64,000 nt of DNA from Chloropicon primus. Taxonomy: Eukaryota. This document shows, piece by piece, positions 40,852 through 54,004 of the stretch. Below the pieces are notes generated by a model. The model saw nothing but the letters and a program-made list of their open reading frames with translations. It did no database searches and was not told the DNA's origin. The stretch is taken from contig CP060764.1 of the NCBI GenBank assembly GCA_023205875.1, positions 1 through 64,000 on the forward strand. Direction: 5' to 3'. A program made the position numbers and the translations under genes. Position 1 is the stretch's first letter; the number at the start of each line of letters is the position of its first letter.

Positions 40852-42063
40852 ATGGTGGAGGAGCAAGCGAAGAAGAAGCGCGTGGCGGAGAGGCAGCTGA
40901 CGAAAGATGATCCCGTGGACGTGGACGAGAACAGTGAGGAAGGGGAGAGGGATCCTGGCAGCGAGAGGGCGTTCAACCCGAACTTGAAGGCTGGAGTGTT
41001 TGCCAAAGCGAGCGAGGAGGAGCTGAAGACGAGGAGGTTCGTGAGGGCCAAGCGGAGGGGAGCTGTCGCTCCGGGGACGGGCGCCTTCCTCAAGGCCCAG
41101 CAGGTCGGAGCAAACCAAGGGGGCGCCGCTGAGAAGAAGGAGAAGGAGGAGGAGGAGGAGGACAACGGAACTCGTGCTGCCAAGAAGGAAGAGGAAGAGG
41201 CCAAGAGCAAGACCAACCCTTTTGCTGGGATATCGTTCAGCACGGGAGGAGGGGGCGGGTTCGGCTCAGTGGGAGGCGGAGAGGCGAAGAAGGTCAACCC
41301 ATTCGCTGGCGTGAGCTTTGGCAGCGGTGCGGGTGGCTTCGGGGCCGTGAAACCGAGCGCGGCGGGCGAGAGCGTGGACGACGGACCGAAGAAGGCCGAG
41401 GGGGGGAACGCTAGCAAGGACGACAAGAAGGCGGATCCGAGTGCATCAGCGGCGGCCACGACTGCGGGGACTGGTGCAGCGGGCACCGCGAACCCCTTCA
41501 GTGGAGGGTTCAGCTTTGGGGGAGGGTCTGGCGCTGGTGGCGGCTTTGGGGCGTTCAGTGGAGGCAGCAAGGGCTTCAGTTTCGGAAGCAAGCTTGGTGC
41601 GGGGACCAAGACGGAGGACGGCGGTGGCGGGGCGGAGACCGGGGCGAAGGACGAGACGCCGAAGTCTGTGGCCATCGGAGTGAAGCAGGGCACCGTCTCC
41701 AAGGAGTTCACGGAGAAGGAGACCGTGACGGGTGAGGAGGACGAAGAGAGCGTGTTTTCGGCCTCCGCAGTCTTGTTCGAGTACATCGATTCGTCGTGGA
41801 AGGAGAAAGGCCGGGGCCAAGTAAACCTGAACGTGAACAAGGAGAGCAAGAAAGCGAGGCTTGTGATGAGAGCCAACGGTAGCAAGAGGGTGATACTGAA
41901 CGCAAACCTTTGGCCGGAGATGGTGATCACGCCGATCACCAACGGCGTTACTTTCGCTTGCCTCAACGTCGTGAAGGAGGGCAAGACGCCCCAGACCTAT
42001 GCCCTGAGGATACCCAACACCAAGGAGTTCCAGGAACTTTTGAACAAGCACAAGAAAGCATAA
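40852..42063 (+). CDS. NUP50: Nucleoporin Nup50/Nup2-like
   Basis: KKRVAERQLTKDD, KASEEELKTRR, NPF/FSFG repeats, Ran-binding domain (VTGEEDE..WKEKGRG..RLVMR..LNANL). Confidence 0.9.
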   Translation: MVEEQAKKKRVAERQLTKDDPVDVDENSEEGERDPGSERAFNPNLKAGVFAKASEEELKTRRFVRAKRRGAVAPGTGAFLKAQQVGANQGGAAEKKEKEEEEEDNGTRAAKKEEEEAKSKTNPFAGISFSTGGGGGFGSVGGGEAKKVNPFAGVSFGSGAGGFGAVKPSAAGESVDDGPKKAEGGNASKDDKKADPSASAAATTAGTGAAGTANPFSGGFSFGGGSGAGGGFGAFSGGSKGFSFGSKLGAGTKTEDGGGGAETGAKDETPKSVAIGVKQGTVSKEFTEKETVTGEEDEESVFSASAVLFEYIDSSWKEKGRGQVNLNVNKESKKARLVMRANGSKRVILNANLWPEMVITPITNGVTFACLNVVKEGKTPQTYALRIPNTKEFQELLNKHKKA

Positions 42064-42734
42064 GAGAATATAACAAAGGAGAAGGAGAGGAAGAGGAAGA
42101 GGAAGAGGAGGATCTTTTCTTCTCCTGAGGAGGATGCAAATAGATCACAATGTTAGGGTCACGCCCGAATCAACTTTCGTGCAAACTCGGATCCACGAGC
42201 AAGGCCATCCACGAGCAAGGCCATCGCCATCCCATCCCACCACCTTCCTCCTCCTCCTCCCTCGATCATCACCGCGCAATCATCGTCATCCTTGTCTCCC
42301 TCCTCTTGCATCCCCACCATTCACCTCAAGCGAGGGCTCATTGGAAAGAGGAAGAGACGAGGCATTCATCCATGTTGAATCCCTTCCACCCCACCTCCCC
42401 CCTCTCCCTCCTCCCCCCCTCCTCCTCTCCTCCTCCCCTAGAGACGCGCTCCTCGCCTGGAGAGTCCATTGGAGTCCTAATCTCGTGGGTCCAGAAGAAA
42501 AACGCTCGCGTCGCTCGGCAACACAACGAGGACGCCGAGAGCGACGAGGGCAAGGACGAGGACGAGGACGAGGGGCTCCCATCCTTCATGAGGCCGTGGT
42601 GAGGCACCCTTTCGACACCACTGCCGCTTGTCTTGGCCTTGTCACGAGGCATACTCTTTGGCATCGTCTTCGGCAAGGGGATTTTGTTTTGGTTTTGGTT
42701 TTGGTTTTGTGTGTTTTGTGGTCGGAAGGGAAGG

Positions 42735-43925
42735 ATGACGGAACAGGAGTGGGAGTGTGCGGTGTGTTGTGAGCTTCTTTACAAGCCAGTAGTACCTCCG
42801 TGCGGCCACCCTTTCTGCTTTTGGTGTGCGCACAGGTCGATGAGTTACACCAGCGTGAGCAAGTGTCCCCTCTGCAGGAGCGAGTTCACGCACTTGCCAA
42901 GGGTGAGTGAGCTCCTGCATACGTTGCTGCAGACCAAGTTCCCTGTCAAGTATAGAACGAGGGCGGTGGACACGGTGGAGTTCGAGGCGGAGCAAGAGAT
43001 AGAGAGCATGAGCACGGACCCCAATCAGGAGGAAGGAGGTCCCTCGAGTGGTGCAGAGGAGGAGGAGGCCAAGGTGGAGGAGTGCGATGAGATGTTCAAG
43101 TGTGACAAGTGTGGGGAGAGGCTCTTTCACCCTTGCATAGTGAGCCCGTGTAGCCATTGCCTTTGCGGACTGTGCGCCGGGGTCTACGAGAAGGGGGAAG
43201 AAGGAGAAGGCTCGGGAGGGAGGTCGAGGGCGTCTTCGCAGCCTCTGAGAACTTGTCCGGTGTGCGACTGCACTCTGGTTGCACCGCCGAAAGTTTGCCA
43301 CATCCTCAACAACTATCTTGTGAAGAAGTTTGGAAACTACGAGGAGCAGGCGAATCTGAGGAGGAGGATGAGCACGCCGTTCGGGTCGCCTCAGACGAGG
43401 GCCTGCATTCCTTGCCCCCCTCCGGATAGAGATAGAGACGGGGGCGACGGATGCCCCTGCTGCAGCGACGAGGCCGCTGACATGGACGCCAGCGCAGCAG
43501 CTCCGGGTGAGGAGGGGGCGAACGGGGAGGTCGCGCCGCAGGACCACCAAGGAGCCACGGAGCAAGAGCTGGAGGCAAACTTGCAGGATCGGATCATCCA
43601 GGTCCTCAAGTCGCCGTGCGATACGGTGAGTCCAGAGAATTTCGTTCACTTTGGCGTGGGCTGTGATGGTTGCGGGGTCTGCCCAATCGTGGGGCGGCGG
43701 TACAAGTGCCTGGAGTGCGAGGAGAAGATAGGGTTCGATTTGTGCGCGCAGTGCCACCAGAGCCACCGGGGGCCGGGAAGGTTCAACCAGCAGCACAGGC
43801 CGGAGCACAAGATGGTCCTGGTGGAGCCCAAGGAAACGTTCTTGCACGCGCTACTGAAGAGTCATCCGGGCTTCACGCCCGAGTATCTATTGGACCTTCT
43901 GAATGGCATGTATTCCGACGTCTGA
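42735..43925 (+). CDS. PRT1: N-degron E3 ligase PRT1-like (RING-RING-ZZ)
   Basis: CAVCCELLYKPVVPPCGHPFCFWC, second RING, HFGVGCDGCGVCPIVGRRYKC..GFDLC..GRFNQQH. Confidence 0.9.
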   Translation: MTEQEWECAVCCELLYKPVVPPCGHPFCFWCAHRSMSYTSVSKCPLCRSEFTHLPRVSELLHTLLQTKFPVKYRTRAVDTVEFEAEQEIESMSTDPNQEEGGPSSGAEEEEAKVEECDEMFKCDKCGERLFHPCIVSPCSHCLCGLCAGVYEKGEEGEGSGGRSRASSQPLRTCPVCDCTLVAPPKVCHILNNYLVKKFGNYEEQANLRRRMSTPFGSPQTRACIPCPPPDRDRDGGDGCPCCSDEAADMDASAAAPGEEGANGEVAPQDHQGATEQELEANLQDRIIQVLKSPCDTVSPENFVHFGVGCDGCGVCPIVGRRYKCLECEEKIGFDLCAQCHQSHRGPGRFNQQHRPEHKMVLVEPKETFLHALLKSHPGFTPEYLLDLLNGMYSDV

Positions 43926-44010
43926 ACTGTGTGTATTATAAGCATCAATATTCTTTGTTATGTCATCGTGCCTTCCAAGCGAGCAGGTAGGCAGCGAGGT
44001 TCTCGTCGTG

Positions 44011-46509
44011 CTACTTGAGTTGCAGGAATCTTGGCCAAGTTTCCACCTCGCTGTTTTGCCAGTCGATCCCCCCCAGGATTTCCTCCATCTCCTCCAGCGT
44101 CGTTGCGGAATTCTCGATCTGTAGCTTCCACAGCCACTCCTTCAGCCTTCCCAGCCTCATTCCCTTGTCGAGGCCGGTCATCTGCATGATCCACTCGCCG
44201 TCCGCGAGGGGCTCCACGTCCCTCATGGACATGATCTGCTCCCCGATCTCCTCCACTTGAAGGTGCTCCTTGCTCAGCCAGCCGTGCTCCGCGCACGCCA
44301 GGGAGGCCTGGAGGCAGAGCTGAAACCGAAGCCTGGGCCCCACAAACCTCTTGTAGGCCGCCATCTCGATCACGGAGGAGCTCACGCTGGGGAAGGCCTT
44401 GAATCCCGTGAGGCAGGACTTTATGATCTTCTTGTCCTCGTTCCTCTTCCAGCCGTTCCTTAGCATCCACTTTTGCGTCTTGTCCATCTCAGACTTGTGC
44501 AGCATGAGGGCGGCCCTCGCCACCGAGATGTCTGGCATGTGCTTCCGGATGTTCTCCCGCGGCTGGACGGCTTTTCTGTCAAAGTACTGCACGGGAAAAT
44601 CCTGGCAACCGTCCAGGTGCATGGCGTGGACGATCTTCGCCAGATTCTTCGAGTCGTTCAGGGCGTTGTGGGGCCGGCCCTCCCGCGCCACCCCCAGCTT
44701 GGACGACATTGTTCTCAAAGAGTTGTAATTCTGGTTGCCGCTCCAGTAATAGTTCGCGAAGACGTCCTGGACGTCCGAGTAGTACCTCAAGTACGCTGGC
44801 ATGGGAATGTTGTACGAGTTGGCTTTGCACTGGATGGGCACAAGCTTTTCGAGGTCCCAGCACCCGCAGGTGAGGAGGGTCACCCCCTCCTGGCGGAGGT
44901 TGGACCTCTCGTCCAGCAGATCGTGCTTCTGAAGCCACTTTTGAAAGAGCCCGAGGACTTTTTTGAACTTTGGGCTCTCGTTCACGTCCCGTTGGGCGAT
45001 CCCCGTGAGCTTGGTGCAGAACGCGGTGAGCTCCTTGTGGATCACGGGCTGGCACAGCGAGTTGAAGTGGTCCAAGACTCGCATCTCTTCGCCCCCCGCC
45101 CCGGCGATGTGGAACAACGTTGCCGAGAATTGGATGACCTCCTGGGGAAACTTGTTGTTCTCCTCGCTGCAAGTCGCCTCCAGATCCAACGCGATGTACG
45201 TCTTGGCCCTTCTCGAAGCGGCGGGGGCGGCGGGGGCGGCGGGGCCCTCCCCCTCCGCCGTCGGAAGGGGGACCGGCCTCGCGAACATCTCGTGCATTCT
45301 CCTCCTGCACTTGAGGAGGTAGTCCTGCGCCACGAGCCTGGGATCCTCCCGCGATTCGATCCCTTCGTCCCCCTCGTAGTCGAAGACGTGCCTCAGCATC
45401 CCGTTCTCCTGCAACTTCCTCAGAACGAACGGCGCGTTTTGGCCCCCCAGAATTTTCTGTACCTCCTCCCAGATCCTCTCCGAGGACACCCGCGCGGCCG
45501 CCTTGACCGTGTCCGGGTGCTTCAGACACAGGTCGAGCTCCTCGCAAGGTTCCCGCGTCGACCTCATCCCGTCGTCCATGAACCTGTAGGCCCTCCAGAC
45601 CCTCAGCCCGTCCTCGGTCATCCTCCTGCCCGTCTCCGACGACGACGACGGGCTCAGCACTACCCTGAGTGTGCCTGTCCTCAAGTCCCTCATCCCGTCG
45701 AAGGGGTCCACCAAATCGCTCGAGAGGGGGTCGAAAGCCATGGCATTTATCGTGAAGTCCCTCCTCCCCAAGTCCTCCAAGATCTCGGTGGTGTACTCCA
45801 CCTCGTCCGGCCTCCGCCCGTCGGTGTACCGCCCGTCCCTCCTCAGGGTGGTGATCTCGAACTTGGACTTGTGGAGCCCCGCGGTCACCGTGACCGTGCC
45901 GAACTCCTCCCCCGTGGCCTTGGCCCTCTTGCCGAAGATCTCCACGATCTCGCTGGACTTGAGGTCGGTCGCCAAGTCGATGTCCTTTGGCGAGCCCCCC
46001 AGGAGGGCGTCCCTCATGCACCCCCCCACCAGCCACGCCTTCCCCCCCCTCGCCTTCACCGCCCGGCACACCTCCCACAACCCGCTGTCGCTCAGCTCCA
46101 AGTGACCCACCCAAGAGTCCAGGTTCTGCCGAAGCAGGACGGCATCCTCTGCCTGGACCACAACCTTGTCCGAGGAGGAAGAGGAGGAGGAGGACCTCGT
46201 GGTGGTGGTGGTGGTGCCGCTCGACGACGAGGACGACGTGTGCCTGTGCGAGCTGCTTCGGTGGTGGTGGGGAATGGGGTTAGGCGACGCGGCGGTGGCA
46301 GACTTGCAACACGACGACCACGACGGCGGAAGCGCTTGCGCACCGAGGGGTGGGTGGCTGCCTCGAGCGTGGACGACCCCTTGGCGCCTCGACGACGACG
46401 ACGACGACGACGACGAGGACGCCGGGCTCCAGAGGCTCAGCGTTCGCTGCTGCCTTTGGCTCCACCAGCACCGGACCTTCATGCGGTTCGCCAACGAGTG
46501 GAGCAACAT
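44011..46509 (-). CDS. Class II tRNA nucleotidyltransferase (CCA-adding) with inserted ERI1-type DEDDh exonuclease
   Basis: LVGGCMRD..DIDLAT, EDLGRRDFTINAMA, EDGLR..R..RF, VSSERIWEE; insert ALDLEATC..LTAFCTKLTGI..CGCWDL..HNALND. Confidence 0.88.
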   Translation of the reverse strand: MLLHSLANRMKVRCWWSQRQQRTLSLWSPASSSSSSSSSSRRQGVVHARGSHPPLGAQALPPSWSSCCKSATAASPNPIPHHHRSSSHRHTSSSSSSGTTTTTTRSSSSSSSSDKVVVQAEDAVLLRQNLDSWVGHLELSDSGLWEVCRAVKARGGKAWLVGGCMRDALLGGSPKDIDLATDLKSSEIVEIFGKRAKATGEEFGTVTVTAGLHKSKFEITTLRRDGRYTDGRRPDEVEYTTEILEDLGRRDFTINAMAFDPLSSDLVDPFDGMRDLRTGTLRVVLSPSSSSETGRRMTEDGLRVWRAYRFMDDGMRSTREPCEELDLCLKHPDTVKAAARVSSERIWEEVQKILGGQNAPFVLRKLQENGMLRHVFDYEGDEGIESREDPRLVAQDYLLKCRRRMHEMFARPVPLPTAEGEGPAAPAAPAASRRAKTYIALDLEATCSEENNKFPQEVIQFSATLFHIAGAGGEEMRVLDHFNSLCQPVIHKELTAFCTKLTGIAQRDVNESPKFKKVLGLFQKWLQKHDLLDERSNLRQEGVTLLTCGCWDLEKLVPIQCKANSYNIPMPAYLRYYSDVQDVFANYYWSGNQNYNSLRTMSSKLGVAREGRPHNALNDSKNLAKIVHAMHLDGCQDFPVQYFDRKAVQPRENIRKHMPDISVARAALMLHKSEMDKTQKWMLRNGWKRNEDKKIIKSCLTGFKAFPSVSSSVIEMAAYKRFVGPRLRFQLCLQASLACAEHGWLSKEHLQVEEIGEQIMSMRDVEPLADGEWIMQMTGLDKGMRLGRLKEWLWKLQIENSATTLEEMEEILGGIDWQNSEVETWPRFLQLK

Positions 46510-47059
46510 GCGGCGGTCCGTCGATCCAGCGCGGCAAGTGAGGACTCGAAGGTCTCGACGCAAAACCAAATGGTGCTGCAAATGAATGGTAAGGCTGCAG
46601 GGCGAGAACTTCTCTCCGCTTCGTTTCCTGACGAACCCGTGGTTCAAAATCCTCCACCGACCCCTCGATCGAAAGAGGAGAACACGAACCTATCGATCAA
46701 GACAAACAAACCCTCTTTCCCTACACCTACAACACCTCGTTCAGTCGACCGAACAAACCAAACCGATCGATCCCGCCCGCCCCTCCGCCCCCTCTGCACT
46801 GATCGCGCGCGCTTTTTCCCTTCCCTTCCCTCGTTCTTCTCGTGACGTTACTTCTCCCAGTATAACGTCACTCCAAGAACGCGTATTTCCAAAGACGTGG
46901 TACAATGTGTTATTTCTACCCTCTATCCATTTGTTTATCCGAAACGTTCGATGGGGTTCGTTTCCGCCTGACGCGGACCAATGAAATTGCACGAGAGCCA
47001 CAGACATATCTTCAAAGGGGGGGTGGGTTTTGGTGGAAGCCGACACAACGACGACGAGA

Positions 47060-47092
<33 letters not shown>

Positions 47093-47093
<1 letters not shown>

Positions 47094-48595
47094 TGCAGTG
47101 CGGTACGAGAGCGACGAGTGTGAAGGTGGGAAGCGCTTCCGCTACCAAGAAGGTGGCGGGTTCCAGGAAGGCGGTGGTGATGTGTCCTGGACTCTATCAG
47201 GGGAACCACCAGAGGGTTTCGGTTTCTTCGAGAGGTGGAGTCCTGTCTTCGTGGGCCTCCGGTGGGAGGAGAGAGGTTGGAGTGAGGGCCGTGATACAGG
47301 ATGGGGCCAAGCTCGATAGGCCATTGAGGGTCGCCATCATTGGCGGGGGACCTGCCGGGGCTTGTGCCGCCGAGGAGTGCGCCAAGAACGGCTGCGAGAC
47401 GTACATGATCGAAAGGAAGATGGACAACTGCAAGCCTTGCGGCGGAGCCATCCCGTTGTGCATGATTGACGAGTTCGACCTCCCTCCGGAGATCATCGAC
47501 AGGCAGGTGAACAGGATGAAGATGATCTCCCCATCCAACAGGGAGGTTGACATCGGGTCCACCCTCAAGCCGAACGAGTATATTGGCATGACCAGGAGGG
47601 AGGTCCTCGACGACTACTTGCGCCAGAGGGCGGAGAAGTACGGGACCAACGTCATCAACGGCTTGTTCATGGGCATGGAGCAGAAGGAGGGCGAGAAGGG
47701 CCCGTGGACCCTGAGCATCAACAACTACGGCGAGGGGGCCACCTCCAAGGGCGACAAGGCCAGGGAGAAGATGGAGCTCGAGGTCGACGTCGTCGTGGGC
47801 GCCGACGGGGCCACCTCCCGCGTCGCCAAGATCATCGACGCCGGGGACTACGACTACGCGATCGCGTACCAGGAGAGGATCAGGATCGACCAGGAGAGGA
47901 TGAAGTTCTACGAGAACTTGGCCGAGATGTACGTCGGCGACGACGTTTCCCCTGACTTTTACGGCTGGGTCTTCCCAAAGTACGACCACGTCGGAGTCGG
48001 AACCGGAACCGTGATCAACAAGCCCGCCATCAAGCAGTACCAGGACGCGATCAGGGACAGGGCCGGAGACAAGATCACGGGGGGCAAGATCATCAAGATC
48101 GAGGCCCACCCCATCCCCGAGCACCCGAGGCCCAAGAGAATTGAGGGCAGGGTCGCCCTCGTCGGTGACGCGGCAGGGTACGTCACCAAGTGCAGTGGAG
48201 AGGGAATCTACTTTGCTGCGAAGAGCGGCAGGATGTGCGGCGAGGCCATCGCCCAGAGGAGCAACCAGGGGCAGAGGATGATCGGAGAGAGGGACCTCAG
48301 GGTGTACCTCAACAAGTGGGACAGGAAGTACTGGCCGACCTACAAGGTGTTGGACATCCTGCAGAAGGTCTTCTACAGGAGCAACGCCGCCAGGGAGGCC
48401 TTCGTCGAGATGTGCCAGAGCGAGTACGTCCAGAGGATGACCTTCGACTCTTACCTCTACAAGACTGTCGTTCCCGGAAACCCAATCAATGACATCAAGC
48501 TCTTGTTCGGCACCATCGCCAGCATTTTGAGGGCCAACGCCCTCCGCGTCACCAACGGGCCCAGCGTGACCTTCGGCGAGCGCAAGGAGGCTTAA
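47093..48595 (+). CDS. CHLP: Geranylgeranyl reductase
   Basis: LRVAIIGGGPAG, CKPCGGAIPLC, VSPDFYGWVFPK, GDAAGYVTKCSGEGIYFA. Confidence 0.97.
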
Positions 48596-48831
48596 GCGGG
48601 GCACGCACGCAACGCACGCACGCAACAGAGAGAGGGGGGGTGGATTGTAAAACCAAAAGCACAAACACACACACACACACACATCGGATAAGAAAAAATC
48701 ACTAAGAGTTGCTTTTAAAAGAACAAAAGAATGGTGGGCCTGCCCCGAAAACGGGTAGGAAATTTTTAAAGGAAACCTATTCCTCTTTTTTGTCGACGAT
48801 TCTCCTGGGTCCCAAGGAAACGCCTTCCTTC

Positions 48832-50229
<1,398 letters not shown>

Positions 50230-50497
50230 TCAAGCATATGCATGCAATGGAGGCATGAGCATCACGTGCCGGTCACGGGACGGGCACCTCGTAGGGGATT
50301 TCGTTCCAACCCTGAGGTCCCTTTCCGTCGAGTGAGGAGTCGTTGGAAAGCTCTCGAGGAGACGGATCGTTCAAAACAGATGCCTTCTTCTTTCCCTCGT
50401 CCTCCACTCCGCAAAGGGCGTGCTCCTCACCTTTAGGTCTTTGCCAGCGTGTCCACGGCACTTTTACTTTTTGCTTTGGCTACAACCCCAGGAGACC

Positions 50498-50842
50498 GCG
50501 AGCAAGGTGAGGAGGTAGAGGGCGATAGAGAACAGGGACGGAAGAGAGGAGGGGAGTAAGAGAGAGAGAGAGCGATAGAGTGTCTCGCGATCTTTCGGTT
50601 GAGTGTCTCCTTGGAAGAAATGGTTCGCTTTTGAGGATTTGGGAGACTGAAACGTTGACTGTTCTGTTGTGCGATTGGTGAGTGAGCGAGCAAGGTGAGG
50701 AGGTAGAGGGAGACAGAGAATAGGGACGGAGGTAAGGAGGGTATCAACCAATAGAATGTCTCGCGATCTTTTGGTAGAGTGTCTTCTTGGAAGAAATGGT
50801 TCGCTTTTGAGGATTTGGGAGACTGAAACGTGACTGTTGTTC
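50498..50842. repeat. Two-copy ~188-bp diverged tandem repeat
   Basis: GCGAGCAAGGTGAGGAGGTAGAGGG at 50498 and 50686; GGAAGAAATGGTTCGCTTTTGAGGATTTGGGAGACTGAAACG occurs twice. Confidence 0.85.
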
Positions 50843-50861
50843 GATTGATTGATTGTGGTCA

Positions 50862-50903
<42 letters not shown>

Positions 50904-50909
50904 GTGTGC

Positions 50910-52004
50910 ATGGCGACGAGGAGGCTGGCGAGGGACATCATCATCAGGAGCAGCAGAAGCGGAGACGGTCTAGTTATCAGAAGAACTGGCGCGCCTTTGT
51001 GCTACCATTTGTCGTGCCGTGGCACTGCCAAGCACTCAGAACTGGGAGAGAGAGGCTTCCTGTCGTCGTGGCCTCGGCTCCGTTTCGACGTCCGTGCGAT
51101 GTCGAGCTCGAAGAAGAAGGAGTTCCCGGAGGGCGCGTTCCTGAAGGACTCAGAGGGTGGGCAAGTGGTGGCCTTGCCTTGCGTGGACATCGGGGCCAAC
51201 CTCGTGGACGACGCTTTCGACAAGGACGTCGACGAGGTGCTGGAGAGGGCGAGGAGGGCCGGGCTCAGGGCCCTGGTGGTGACCGGGACGAGCCTGAAAG
51301 GGAGCGAGATGGCCATCCGGTTTGCCAACGAGAAGTCCTCGGAATCCCTCCGCGTGTACGCCACGTGCGGCGTCCACCCTCACGACGCAAAGTCTGTGGA
51401 CGAGGACACCATGTCCAAGATCAGGGAGCTGGCCAAGGACCCAAAGTGCGTGGCAATCGGGGAGTGCGGCCTCGACTTTGACAGGAACTTCAGCCCGCAA
51501 GACACCCAGAAGGACGTGTTCGAGCAGCAGCTCTTGCTGGCGAAGGAGCTGGGCAAGCCGGTGTTCATGCACTGCAGGGACGCGAGCGCGAGTCTGAGGG
51601 AGATCATGGAGAAGGCCGATTGCTCTTTCAAGTCCGACGAGGGGGGCATGGAGGGCGTCGTGCACTGCTTCACTGGGACCATGGAGGAAGCCAAAGCGTT
51701 CCTTGACCTTGGCCTGCACATCGGCATCACCGGCTGGATTTGCGACGACAGGGAGGACCGGAGCGTCAACCTGTCCCGGGTGGTGAAGGAAGTGCCCCGG
51801 GGAAAGCTGATGGTCGAGACGGACGCCCCTTACCTGACCCCACGATCGATTCGGCCGAACAGAGTGCGGCCCTGGAGGAACGAACCCTGCCTGCTGCCCC
51901 ACGTCATGGCAAAGGTCGCCGAGGCTAGAGGAGAGACGGTCGAAGACCTCGCGAGCCACGCCTTTCAGACCTCCGTGGACTTCTTCGGCCTGGAAGCCCA
52001 ATAG
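50910..52004 (+). CDS. TatD: TatD-family DNase
   Basis: DIGANL, GVHPHDA, AIGECGLDFDR, FMHCRDA, VVHCFTG, ETDAPYL. Confidence 0.94.
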   Translation: MATRRLARDIIIRSSRSGDGLVIRRTGAPLCYHLSCRGTAKHSELGERGFLSSWPRLRFDVRAMSSSKKKEFPEGAFLKDSEGGQVVALPCVDIGANLVDDAFDKDVDEVLERARRAGLRALVVTGTSLKGSEMAIRFANEKSSESLRVYATCGVHPHDAKSVDEDTMSKIRELAKDPKCVAIGECGLDFDRNFSPQDTQKDVFEQQLLLAKELGKPVFMHCRDASASLREIMEKADCSFKSDEGGMEGVVHCFTGTMEEAKAFLDLGLHIGITGWICDDREDRSVNLSRVVKEVPRGKLMVETDAPYLTPRSIRPNRVRPWRNEPCLLPHVMAKVAEARGETVEDLASHAFQTSVDFFGLEAQ

Positions 52005-52195
52005 ATAGATACACAACAAGTTAAAAGCTTGTTGGTCGAGGGATACTCGCCTAAGGTGCACCAGCACCGACAACGTAACCATGAATCATATTAATGAAGC
52101 TCATCATGTGAGTCACCTCACAACGACGACGACGGTGCCCTCGCCCCCCCCTCTCAGCGCCTCAAGGGATAGCAGAGCCGAGAAGACACACATAC

Positions 52196-52232
<37 letters not shown>

Positions 52233-52356
52233 GGAGAAGGGAAGTGACTGGTGTCTTGGATCCTCCCTTCCAAGGGTCTTTCCTCTCGCATCTTGGCCAC
52301 CTCGCTCGCGCTCGTCCTCCCATCCGCATCCGCATCAGCAGAGTAACGGCGATGCG

Positions 52357-53899
52357 ATGCAGGGCGGGCAGGAGGTGGAGCGGAAGAGGAAGACAGGGAG
52401 GGGAAGGAGAGGTGGTAAGGGTGGGAGGAAGAGAGGGAGCAGGGTTCTGGAGGTCGGCCTGGGTCTGGGCAGGATTTTGGTGAAGAGGCACCAGGGAAAC
52501 GAGGAACAGGTGAGGCTAGAAATTTTCAGACTGGGTCCTGTGTTCCATAAACTGGGACAGTTGCTCGGGACGAGGCCTGATGTCGTTGGGTCTGGTTGGG
52601 CCGCGACGCTGGCTCCGCTTCAGGACAGGGCCTTCCCTTTCCCCTTCCAGGAGGTGGAGGAGGAGCTCTCCATGTTCCAGTTCTTCGACGAGACGGGAGC
52701 GGAGGCGGAGGACCCTCCGAGGCCGGTGGGCGTGGGGTCCCTCGGCCAGGTCTATCGCGTGGCCCCGAGGACGGGTGGGAAGCACATGGCGCTCAAGGTG
52801 CAGAGGCCGGGAGCGTTGGAGAGCGTGCGCTTGGATTGCGAACTCTTGCAGGGATTTGTGGATAACATGAAGCTGAGGTCGACCTTGTTTGCTGAGATCG
52901 TGGACCGAGGTAAGCGCTTGGATTGGGCCAACCGCCAGGTGAGACTGATCACTGACAAGAGCTTCCCCCTCTCTTTCGCAGTCACCCAGGCGTTACTGGC
53001 GGAGCTGGACTACGCCCAGGAGGCCAGAAACACTCGAGAGTTTGCTGCGGTGATGAATGAAGTGCCGGAGGTTGTTGTTCCTCTGCCTGTGGAGCGTTAC
53101 TGCGGGGAGAGGACGCTGGCGATGGAGTGGGTGGAGGGGCGAACGCCGGCACAGTTGTTGGAGGCGGGGGACAAGGAAGGTCTGCGGCGGCTCACGGAGC
53201 TAGCAATCAAAAGCACGATGGCGCAGTTGCTTTCCACCAACGTGCTCCACGGGGATCCTCACGGAGGGAATCTGATGGTGAGTGCTCCATCGGTTGGTTG
53301 CTTGGCCAACTGACGCTCTGACTGACGCTCTGCTCTGCTCCTAGCTGAGCCCCGAAGGGAAGCTGGTGTACTTGGACTTTGGTGTACTGTGTCGCATCAC
53401 GGAGAAGAAAGCCCGGGGGCTCTTGGTGATGTCGGCCCATATGGTGAACCAGGAGTGGACCGGATTGGCATCCGCCCTCAAGGACATGGAAGTGGTCGGG
53501 GATGACACGGACCAGGCCGTTCTGGGCCTTGACTTCGCGAAGGAGCTCCGCGGCTGCATGGATCAGCAAGCCATTAACTCCGCCATGATGAAGCTCGGCG
53601 TCAAGTACAAATTCAGGTTCCCAAGCTATTACATGCTCCTGGCACGAGCACTGGCGCCCATTGAGGGCTATGGCAAGGCTGCAGACCCGGACTTTGACGT
53701 CATGAATGCAAGCTATCCCTACGTGATGGAGCGTCTCAGCAGCGCGGATCGCCGCAAACTTGCAGAGGAGTTGGGTTCCGGTCCATCGCTGTCCCTCCTG
53801 CTGAAGTCCCTGCTCCGGTCGATCGTACTTGCTGTGGCCGCCATCCGCAGGTCTCTCAAACGCCTCTTGTGCTTCTTCCTTCCACGCCGATCTGCATAA
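52357..53899 (+). CDS. ABC1/UbiB-family atypical kinase, multi-exon (5' boundary approximate)
   Basis: LGPVFHKLGQLLGTRPD, SLGQVY, ALKVQRP, ELDYAQEA, LHGDPHGGN, YLDFG. Confidence 0.85.
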
Positions 53900-54004
53900 A
53901 ACCTGTATCGCCTGTAAGGACGCACACGACGACAGAAAGCCGCATCTCGATGAATCGCCGCTTCATCACGCAAGACAGAGAAGAGAGTGACGGATGCCGA
54001 TTGC

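Noticed and set aside
44473..46845. Long antisense ORFs (also 1418-3016, 40191-41984, 47012-48682, 48709-50436)
   Set aside because: Shadow frames of GC3-rich real genes on the opposite strand.
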